Source: Mizuhopecten yessoensis | Lineage: Eukaryota | DNA: 64,000 nt | Reading direction: 5' to 3' | Assembly (NCBI RefSeq): GCF_002113885.1 | Contig: NW_018406970.1 | Span: forward strand, 1,796,022-1,860,021 | In this document: positions 1 through 10,800 of the stretch, in pieces | Layout: each line of letters begins with the position of its first letter | How positions within the stretch are numbered: position 1 is the stretch's first letter | Made by a program: the position numbers and the translations under genes | The notes under the pieces: generated by a model | Told to the model about the DNA's origin: nothing | Seen by the model: only the letters and a program-made list of their open reading frames with translations | The model's database searches: none

Positions 1-92
1 CACTTTGAATACTATTTCTGTTCATGTTAAAAACAAAATCAACTCTCTGTATAAATATATCAGGTGACCGTTAAGGCCCATGGGCCTCTTGT
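1..92 (+). mobile_element. 3' end of a HINE/Helentron-type non-autonomous element (truncated by window start)
   Basis: CAGGTGACCG subterminal motif plus GGCCCATGGGCC palindrome plus TCTTGTT at 61-92, the same terminus as the elements ending at 22649 and 24156. Confidence 0.6.
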
Positions 93-268
93 TCCATTAA
101 GGATTTTCTAAGTAAATACGGTAATGAAAATTGATAATAATGTAAGTCTCCACATGGTTCATAAGTAAATGTAGTCTTACATGCTTTAAATATGATTGGT
201 AAAAATGAAATGGTAAAAAAATATAACGTGGCCATCAGCAGGTATATATCCATCCTATGTTTTGTATG

Positions 269-777
269 TGTAACAGAGGTCATTATTTTTTCAATGCCTC
301 CGCTAGGAGTCGAACCCGGGACCTCTGGCTTACTAGTCTTACGCTCTACTGAATGAGCTAAAGAGAAATTCTCCCTAGCCAAGTCGGAAGGAAGTGGCTA
401 GTATTTTACCAGGGTGACGTACTCCCCCTCCAGGAAAGACCTCACCCTGAGTTTTCCAGGAGGCATAGTGATTCCTTTGCTAGGAGTCGATCACGGGATT
501 TCTGGCTTACTAGTCTTACGCTCTACTGAATGAGCTAAAGAGAAATTTTCCCTAGCCAAGTTGGAAGGAAGTGGCTAGTATTTTACCAGGGTGACGTACT
601 CCCCCTCCAGGAAAGACCTCACCCTGAGTTTTCCAGGAGGCATAGTGATTCCTTTGCTAGGAGTCGATCACAGGATTTCTGGCTTACTAGTCTTATGCTC
701 TACCGAATGAGCTAAATATAAATTCTCCCTAGCCAAGTCTGTACGTAGGAAGCTGCTAGTATTTTACCAGGGTGACA
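269..777 (-). mobile_element. Miniature non-autonomous LTR element (TRIM/Ajax-like) with tRNA-Thr(AGT)-derived LTRs, three LTR units in tandem
   Basis: TGT...ACA termini (269 TGTAAC, GTGACA 777) with 4-bp TSD TATG (265-268, 778-781). The 177-bp period units each contain a tRNA-like A/B-box sequence. A polypurine tract (GGAGGGGGAGTA on -) precedes the 2nd and 3rd LTR starts. Confidence 0.7.
295..367 (-). pseudogene. tRNA-Thr(AGT)-derived sequence inside the LTR (not a functional tRNA)
   Basis: - strand shows a D-arm GCTC..GAGC, anticodon loop CT-AGT-AA and T-loop GGTTCGACTCC, but the acceptor and anticodon stems are mispaired. Confidence 0.6.
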
Positions 778-1377
778 TATGTATGTCAAGTGTCTTATAT
801 GTGCTATGGATCACTCAGCAGGTATCAAATGAAGAAACCTTGATGAATGCTGTTGTGAGTTATCCCTTAAGTCCATAGTTACGAATGAAGCTGAATGGTT
901 GCAGGCAGCCATCTTTGATTTTGCATGTGACGTTACTGCTTTTTCTCAAGAACTATAGTTACTACTCGGTACTTAAGGGATCAAAATGAGACTTGACATG
1001 AATGACCCCCCTTAGCTTCATAGAACTTTGTAACTGTAACAAATTTTGATGGATCACATGTCTCGGACCACAGTTAATGCTTCAGGTTTGTTGTGCAGGA
1101 ATAAAGAGCCATTTCTTAATTTTAGACTTTTTTAGATATTTTTTTTTCACGACCCCGGATGTTTCGCCTATCGATAGAAAGCGTATACACACTGTATTAA
1201 TATACATGTAGAGGAAATGTCCTGGGTTGAGTGACATAAAAAACCCATAAACTTTCGTCACATCGTTGTACAGGTAAACATTAATACAAATTACTCACTC
1301 AGACTCACAATCATAGTTTGACAAAGGGACCAGTTGGTCTTGAAACGTTGCGACATGTTTATTACATACTTTTTACA

Positions 1378-3545
1378 TTGTGAATAAAGTAAAACTTTGA
1401 TAATACATATTTTCTACTTGAAGAAATAATCTTAGTGAAGATGTTTCCAATTCACATGTGAATAAAGTAAAACTTTGATAATAACTATTTCCTACTTGAA
1501 GAAATAATCTTAGTGAAGATGTTTCCAATTCACATGCGAATAAAGAAAACCTTTGATAATAACTATTTCCTACTTGAAGAAATAATCCTAATGAAGATGT
1601 TTCCAATTCACATGCGAATAAAGAAAACCTTTGATAATAACTATTTCCTACTTGAAGAAATAATCCTAATGAAGATGTTTCCAATTCACATGCGAATAAA
1701 GAAAAACTTTGATAATACATATTTCCTACTTGAAGATATAATCTTGATGAAGATGTTTCCAATTCACATGCGAATTAAGAAAAACTTTGATAATACATAT
1801 TTCCTACTTGAAGATATAATCTTGATGAAGATGTTTCCAATTCACATATGAATAAAAGTAAAACTTTGATAATACATATTCCCTACTTGAAGAAATAATC
1901 TTAATGAAGAGGTTTCCAATTCACATATGAATAAAGTAAAACTTTGATAATACATATTTTCTACTTGAAGAAATAATCTTAGTGAAGATGTTTCCAATTC
2001 ACATGCGAATAAAGAAAAACTTTGATAATAACTATTTCCTACTTGAAGAAATAATCCTAATGAAGATGTTTCCAATTCACATGCGAATAAAGAAAACCTT
2101 TGATAATAACTATTTCCTACTTGAAGAAATAATCCTAATGAAGATGTTTCCAATTCACATATGAATAAAGTAAAACTTTGATAATACATATTTTCTACTT
2201 GAAGAAATAATCTTAGTGAAGATGTTTCCAATTCACATGCGAATTAAGAAAAACTTTGATAATACATATTTCTACTTGAAGAAATAAGAGTCTTAATGAA
2301 GATGTTTCCAATTCACATATGAATAAAAGTAAAACTTTGATAATACATATTTCCTACTTGAAGATATAATCTTGATGAAGATGTTTCCAATTCACATATG
2401 AATAAAGTAAAACTTTGATAATACATATTTCTACTTGAAGAAGTAAGAATCTTAATGAGATGTTTCCAATTCACATGTGAATAAAGTAAAACTTTGATAA
2501 TACATATTTCCTACTTGAAGATATAATCTTGATGAAGATGTTTCCAATTCACATGCTAATAAAGAAAAACTTTGATAATACATATTTCCCACTTGAAGAA
2601 ATAATCTTAATGAAGAGGTTTCCAATTCACATATGAATAAAGTAAAACTTTGATAAATCTTAATGCAGATGTTTCCAATTCACATGTGAATAAAGAAAAA
2701 CTTTGATAATAACTATTTCCTACTTGAAGAAATAATCTTAGTGAAGATGTTTCCAATTCACATGCGAATAAAGAAAACCTTTGATAATAACTATTTCCTA
2801 CTTGAAGAAATAATCCTAATGAAGATGTTTCCAATTCACATATGAATAAAGTAAAACTTTGATAATACATATTTCTACTTGAAGAAATAAGAATCTTAAT
2901 GAAGATGTTTCCAATTCACATGTGAATAAAGAAAAACTTTGATAATACATATTTCCTACTTGAAGATATAATCTTAATGAAGATGTTTCCAATTCACATG
3001 CGAATAAAGTAAAACTTTGATAATACATATTTCCTACTTGAAGAAATAATCTTAATGAAGATGTTTCCAATTCACATGTGAATAAAGTAAAACTTTGATA
3101 ATACATATTTCCTACTTGAAGAAATAATCTTAATGAAGATGTTTCCAATTCACATGTGAATAAAGTAAAACTTTGATAATACATATTTCCTACTTGAAGA
3201 AATAATCTTAATGAAGATGTTTCCAATTCACATGTGAATAAAGTAAAACTTTGATAATACATATTTCCTACTTGAAGAAATAATCTTAATGAAGATGTTT
3301 CCAATTCACATGTGAATAAAGTAAAACTTTGATAATACATATTTCCTACTTGAAGAAATAATCTTAATGAAGATGTTTCCAATTCACATGTGAATAAAGT
3401 AAAACTTTGATAATACATATTTCCTATTTGAAGAAATAATCTTAATGAAGATGTTTCCAATTCACATGCGAATAAAGTAAAACTTTGATAATACATATTT
3501 CCTACTTGAAGAAATAATCTTAATGAAGATGTTTCCAATTCACAT
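1378..3545. repeat. 78-bp tandem satellite, ~28 copies
   Basis: Unit GAATAAAGTAAAACTTTGATAATACATATTTCCTACTTGAAGAAATAATCTTAATGAAGATGTTTCCAATTCACATGT; it produces the 26-aa periodic ORFs in the track. Confidence 0.97.
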
Positions 3546-4317
3546 TAAAATTCAAATTACCATACAGTAAAACTCTAGTAGGACCCTTTGGTTATAAATA
3601 CAGTTCAACTCTATATAGGACCCCTGGTCTTGTTAAAAAATGGGGGAGGGGGGAGGGGGCACTGGCGAAATAGACATTTCAATAATGAAAATATAAGGGA
3701 ATATCTGTATTTAGGTCAATATTAGAATGTAAATATATATATTATGGGTGAATATTGCGTGTGTTTTTCACTATTGCAAAACTATAACTATTGGGGAAAA
3801 CACTATTGCGATAGTTCAATTATTGTGGTATACTATCACGATAGTATTGGATACTTCAGTTACCCCAAGTTCTTTCTGTTAATTCTCTGTTTGTTTGTTG
3901 GTATATAAGGTCATTTTTGTCTTAAATATGGAAGTTAGTCGCCACGCTGTCTGCTAGCGTGTTTATCAAACGTTCCCACAACACTTGAGTATAGATCTAG
4001 AGTATACTGTAACAGTTATGTAATTCAAACACACATACGACTGAGACTAATATCTGTTAGTGACTACCGCCTTTGACTTCTTGTGTAAGTGCAGCCAAGT
4101 GCGTCGTAATGATAAAGACTGAATTATCAGTAATCGTAATCGCATGGTGTGATAATGAAAACCGTACGTAAGTGTTAGTAGTTTTTAAACTATCATTGTT
4201 TATAGCATACTTTCGACGACTTTTATCGAGTTTATGAAGTTGTCATCGATTAATCAAACAGAGAGGTGTACAATCGCAATCTATCAATAGTACGATGTAT
4301 CGTTACACCACTAATAT

Positions 4318-4510
4318 AAATAAATAAGTAAATGTACAACATTTGATATAGCACCCTATCTAGCTAACATAAGCCACTCTGAAGCGCTTTACATTACATA
4401 GATAAACAATTTTATACAGTTAGCATATATATATATTACAATTAGCATATATATATTAATCAATACAATATTGAGGAATTCACAGGAGCTGCCTTATTAG
4501 GCGCTAACTA
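4318..4510 (-). mobile_element. Degenerate SINE 3' fragment
   Basis: ATATAGCACC...GAAGCGCTTTACA...GGAGCTGCC..GGCGCT resembles the tail region of the SINE at 45553-45906. Confidence 0.35.
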
Positions 4511-4867
4511 CTAGTCCTATATGCCACCTGGCTAATATATCCCTATGTGTGTATGCCTGTGTGTGTGCTGGAGATGTATTGTGTGTAAATAGGATTGATT
4601 GGCATAGTTACCATGAAGCCAGCTAAGACTTCATGAAATATGTATGTAACACATTTGCCTTCATACCAGCATGAATTGAAAAAAGGTCGTTCAATCTTTA
4701 TATATTAATAAACTTACGAGTTATCTCAATAAAAATGGGATTTATTTAAGGTCTTAACAGAAAAACAATGTCAAATTATTTTTGTTATGAATTTAACATA
4801 AAATAAAATTCTGACAGTCACTATTTCTAAATCCACCTTTATACATTTATATTTTTCAGGCTCCAAA

Positions 4868-7800
4868 ATGGGGAAGAGAAACTCCATGTTGACTCTGTTA
4901 AAATGCGACCTCTGCTGCATGTTTTCAACCAAGAATGCCTACATCTTCAAGCGCCACAAGATCCGCTGTAAGCGGGAGAGGTACACCGAGGCCCACACCC
5001 CAAATCAAAGACCAGACAAGGTGAAACTAAAACTATCAGGAGCCTCTTTATTTGCATCAGCATCAACATCTAAATTACCAAAGCTTGAACTACAAAACAG
5101 CGATCCAAGTTCTCCAGCAGACGAGTCCCTGGAATTACCCGAGGGATCAAGTGACGGTAATTTTAAGGCTGAAGAAGTACCACCTTCAGCTGATTCATCA
5201 ACAGAAATCTATCGTAAAGGAAATGTTTACTGTAGAACATATCGCTGTCCCGAGTGCACCTATTGGACCAATAAATCCAAGACATTTCTGTACCATCTCA
5301 TCAACACACATAACAAGAACCTCAGCATCTTTGTATGCAGCTTCTGCGAGTACTCCTGTAAGCATCGTCACAAGGTGCAGCGCCATCTCAAGTTGGTTCA
5401 TCGATACAACATCCACATCGACGACGTCAAGATTGAGTACCAAAACGAAGCCTCAGCTGCCAACTTCAAGAGCAAGTCTCCAAAACTGCCTGCAGTAAGC
5501 CCTATTAAAAACATTGCTCCACTGAAGGTGAAGATCGCCCTGACGACTACGGCCGGTCGACAGGCAGCCCGCGGTAAAGATATCCTACCCGTCGGGTACG
5601 AGAACCACATAGTAGAGCTGACATCGGGAGGCAAGAAACTCTTCAAGTGCAAATACTGTTTGTTCAACAACGCTGACAAGTATCGCGTGTCGAAGCATGT
5701 GCAATGCATACACATCAATGCCAAGACCTACAAGTGTAACATCTGCGCGTTCACTACGGTGAAGAAAAAGGACTACTATACCCACAAATCGACCCACAGT
5801 GGCAAGGCTGCGTATGTGTGTGATGAGTGTGACTACACCTCAGACTTCAAGCCTAACCTGGACCGACACCGACTCAATCATACCAACAGTTACAACATCA
5901 AGTGTAAGTTCTGTACTTACTCGTGCGACCACGAAGGCACTGTCAAGCGCCATATGGCCAACAATCACACCAACAGTGCAGAAAACGTGTCCCTGATTTT
6001 CCCCGACGCCGACACCTCCGTCGAGTCGACCATTGATGAAGCTCCTCCCCATGGGTTGAAGCCTGCCGTAGCCTCACCAAACATGGGTAAAGTAAAAAGT
6101 CCAAACTCATCGGCGAATATATCAGACACTGACTTTGGTGGAGAGGGAATTCCGAGCCTTCAAACTGTGGAGGGAAGCTTCTTCTGTCCTCTCTGTGGGC
6201 TTAAGTACAAAAGGTCTTCTGACCTGAACCGCCACATGAAATTAAAGCACAAGATGACTGTGAAGCAATATCTGCGTGATGTGGACTTGTACAGGAACAG
6301 CACGCCGGTAGTCGTCTCTAACCAGGTAGAGCTGGAGGTGGAACAGCCACATGAGGAGGAGGAGGAGGAGGAGGTGGCAGGCGATGGTCCATTGGACCTG
6401 TCTGTGTCCTCAAAGGATCTGGATGAAATCATGGACAAAGACAGTCTCAAATGCTGTTACTGTACATACCAAGCTAAGTGGCCCAGCGACCTTCAACGTC
6501 ACATGGTTGTGCACACAGTAGAGAAACGCTACAAGTGTCCACACTGCAACAAACAGTACAAGTATGTGGGGGACCTCAACGTCCACCTCAGGAGGGATCA
6601 CAAAAAAGAACCTGGCTCTGTCAAGCATGTCAAGGTTCCCACCATTCCAAACCGCAAGTCCTCGCCGGCCATATTTAAATGTCCGTCTTGTTCGTTCACC
6701 TCTCCTTGGAAGTCGGAGGTCGACAGACACTCGAAGCTCCATAAAGGTGACAAACCCTTCTGCTGCAAGCACTGTACGTACCAGACACACTGGAAAGGCG
6801 ACATTCGCAGACACATGTATAAACATCACCCAGCTGTCATGGTTGATGATGTTATACTGGATGAGGTCATCACCATCCTAGCAGATAAGTTACCGGGAAA
6901 GGACAAGGAGGTCGCAGAACCACTTGATGAAGAGAAGATGGAGGTGGAAAGCATTTCTAGTCATGACACGGACCATATGTTTGATGGCGAGGATGAAGAT
7001 GAAAGTGATTCGGAATCGTCACCGATGAAGGCGTCTCCCTCAGGTTTGTTCAGGTGTAATTACTGTGACTTTGTCACCAATGCCCAATCCAAGCTCAAGG
7101 CTCACGAATCGACCCACACCAACCTGAAGCAATACATGTGTCCAGTGTGTGGGCGACGGGCCAACTGGAAGTGGGACATCAGGAAACACATCCGAAAAGA
7201 CCACCACAACAGTCCGCTGGATGTGGTCAAGCTAAGCCGCCAGGAAGCTGAGGCTACCATACAGACCTATATGGACACCATGCCAGTGGTCCGACGGGAA
7301 CACCACCTCAATGTTCCCGCTTCCACCGAAGAGGAACCCGGCAAACCGGGCAACAGCTTTGTCTGCAGTGCCTGCGACTTCAACTCTAGCACTCGGGTCG
7401 CTGTGAGTAGGCACATTCGAAACTCACACAGTGGCTTGAATGTAGATATCATCTGTCTGGTTGAAGAAGATGTGGACGACGAGGTCCAGATAAAAATTCC
7501 ACGCATGAGTTTACCCTCTGTACATGAGCCCAGGATGTCTACTCCAATAGCAGCTGCCAACATTCCCACACGCAATCTTCCACCATTCTATATTGCTGAA
7601 CAAGGAGATAAGGACAAGCCGTACAAATGTGTTGAATGTGGAAAAACTGGTAATATTAAAGCAGACATTCGAAAGCATTATCATTACAGGCATCCAAACC
7701 AACCAATCAGAATCTGGTACACTGATGAGAGCGGTACCAAGATGCTTCCGGAGGAACCACCCATACCACTTAACAACAAGAGGAAGCTGTCGGCATCCTC

Positions 7801-10800
7801 CATCTCCAGCATGCTGGAGCATGAAAGGACCCCCAGCAAGAATATGTCAAATACCACAGAGGCCACGCCAGAGAAAGAGGCCCTGGAGGTGTCGCACAAC
7901 CGAGTGTCTGCAGCTAGCCTTATCAAGCCGTTTATGTGTGGTGACTGTGGGAAGCGCAGTGCCACGAAGGCAGATATAAAGAAACACTACAACTACATCC
8001 ATCCGGGAGCAGAGGTTAAAGTGGTGTACCAAGAAAATCCAAACTCGCCTTATGATCGATTCAAGAGTAACTGTAACAGCAGTCAGACCACACCTGCCTC
8101 ATCGCCTGCAAAGAGTCCTTCACCTGCCAAACGCGCATCCCATAGTTATCCAGGGGGTCTGCCAATCGCCTCAGCAGATCCAAAAGTATTCGGCTACTGT
8201 AAGCCATTCCAGTGCTCGGACTGTGGACGACGATCAAACTGGAAGTGGGACCTCAACAAACACATTAGAATGAAACATCCAGGCAGCACGACAGCCCACA
8301 TGATCGCACTAACTGAGGAAGAGGCCCGAGGATCCCACGACGAGTACATGGCTCAGTTCAGCCAAACCACTCATGTTTCCAGTGCTTACAAAAAGGCCGT
8401 AAAGCTGGAGGCAGAGAAAGCTCCGGAGATAAACAACCCTCAAAGTGTACCAAGTAAGGGAGTCTACAAGCAATTCAAGTGCTCTGGGTGTCCCTACCGA
8501 TCTAACTGGCGCAGTGATATCCTTCGGCACACAAAACGCAAACACGGTGGGCGCTCCAGGCTGGTCGTCATGGATACGGAGGAGGCTAAAGTTTCACTAA
8601 TGGAGTACAACTATAATCCGAGGAAAAAGAGGGAAGGAGATCAAATTCCTCAGTCGAAGCATAGCAGTGGCCTGACAAACATATGGAAGTGTGGGAAATG
8701 TCCGTTCAAAAACCGTGACCGAACAGTCGTAATCAACCATCTTAGCATGCACAGTGTGAAGGCCTACAAATGTTCCATCTGTAACTATGCGACCAACTAT
8801 CGCAGCTCTGCTTGTCGACACATTCGGGTCAGGCATCACAGTGAAAATTTATCCCTCTGTAGGTCTGCCATCAAATGTGTGAAACAAGGCAAGGACGGAC
8901 AGGTCCTGGAGCCAGTCGAAAACGTAGAAAAGGAGGACTTCGACTGGAAGGACGCTGAACCAGACAACTTTTATGACATGTTCAAGTGTAAGCTTTGTGG
9001 GTTTCAGTCCAGCTGGCGATCCTGCGTCACCAGACATCTGCGCGAGAAACACAAGGGCGGAGGAAGCAAGGGTAAGGTGCTCAGGGTCCGAAAGTATCTC
9101 AAGGATGAACATAAATCCAACAAAGAGGTTCGCATCGCAGACCGGCGGTTCAAGTGTGAGGTGTGTCCCTATCGCACTGACAAGTCTAACCTTCTGCAGT
9201 TCCACATGAGCTGCCATACGGCCCAGCCAAATGCACAACAGGTCAAGTGTCCTTATTGCCCCTACTTTGTCGTGGCCCAGCGGCTCCTCCGTCAGCACAT
9301 TAAGCTCCATGAAGGAAACGTTTATCCGGAAACCGCTACTAGTACCAAGGAGGTTGTGTTCTCGGCTCCCACAACGCCTGTCAAGTCTAATGTTGTGCCT
9401 AGCATTTCTACCACTCCGAAACGTCACCGATGTGAGAAATGTCCGTACACAAGTAACAGCAAGAACGACTACCTGTACCACAAGCAGTTCCACAAGCCCA
9501 AGGAGAACGCCGAATTCAAATGCCATTTGTGCGACTATTGGGTAACCCACAGGCGCCTGCTGAAGCAGCACATGAAGGTGCACGAGATCTACCATGCTTC
9601 ACCTGCGGCCAAGAGCACCAACAGCTCGGTTCAGTCCTCACCCTGCAAGTCTGACTTCTCCGAGTCCAGCAGTATCTACGACATGGTTCAACTTGCCAAC
9701 TACAAACAGAAAGTCATTGCCTCGAAGATAATGCCCAGTATTTCCCAGAAACCTCTGATGTCTCCTATGAAGATAGCTTGCTCCGTTGGTAACAAGCCAG
9801 GCTATGTGTTCAGGAACGGTGTCTACAAGAAGCTGCAGAAGTGCAAAAAGTGTCCGTACATGACTGTTCGTCTCAGGAATCTGAAGCTGCATGAGATGAT
9901 GCATAATGTGCGGGTATCGAGGGCCCCCATGCTGAAATGTCCCCACTGTGACTACTACGTGGGGTCCAAGGGCTTGATTTCCCACCACCTCAAAGTGCAC
10001 CAGCCCGGCTACATGGCAGATTTCTCTGACACTACCATATCAGACCTCGAGGCCATGGAGGGTGGAGGTGCCGACGAGGATGTGGATGACAAGTCGGACA
10101 TTGTCGACATCCCGTACGAGAGCAAAGTTGACACACTTTACGAGATAGCCAGGTTCAAGAAATACAGCTGTGAAAAATGTCCTTACGCTAGCGCCAAGAG
10201 ATCACACTATGAACACCATGTGGAGCTTCATGGCAGCAAGCAGCGATGTGGTTGTCGTTACTGTGACTACAGCGTGCCCTCACAGAACCTATTGGCCCAG
10301 CACGAGAAACTGCATAGAACTCCCAACCAGAATCTCATGGTTGCCCAGTCTTTGTCAAATCTCCTGCAGCTCCCTGAGGTCCCCGCAGATGTGGCTCTGG
10401 CCAGCGCTCTGCCGCCTCTGGACACCAAGGAATCCTTCACAGTCAATGTCACCCACGATCATCTCGAGCTGTTTGAGAACTCGTCTGAAGCAGATTCTGA
10501 ACCTAAGAAGCTGTATCGGTGTGATCGATGTCCCTATGCCAATGTCAGACGTGATCACCTGCTGTCTCACCTCAAGTTCCACATGATCCGCAGTGACCTT
10601 GCCTGTCCCTACTGTGATTACACAGCGGCCAAACAACACCTACTCACTCAGCACATCAAGGTCCACTTCTCTCCCTTGCCGGAACTCTCCAACTGGCTGG
10701 CTCAGAATGGACAGATGGATCGAATGAAGCAATCCAAGGAACCAGACATCACGGAGGCCCTGTACGTGGCTCAGTTACTGCAGGGAGAAATCAAAAAGGA

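Noticed and set aside
295-367. Functional tRNA-Thr(AGT) gene
   Set aside because: Acceptor and anticodon stems do not pair; it is part of a repeated TG...CA element with TSDs
1373-3538. Repetitive 60-240-aa ORFs on both strands
   Set aside because: By-products of a 78-bp (3n) satellite; frequent indels, no domain, no splice context
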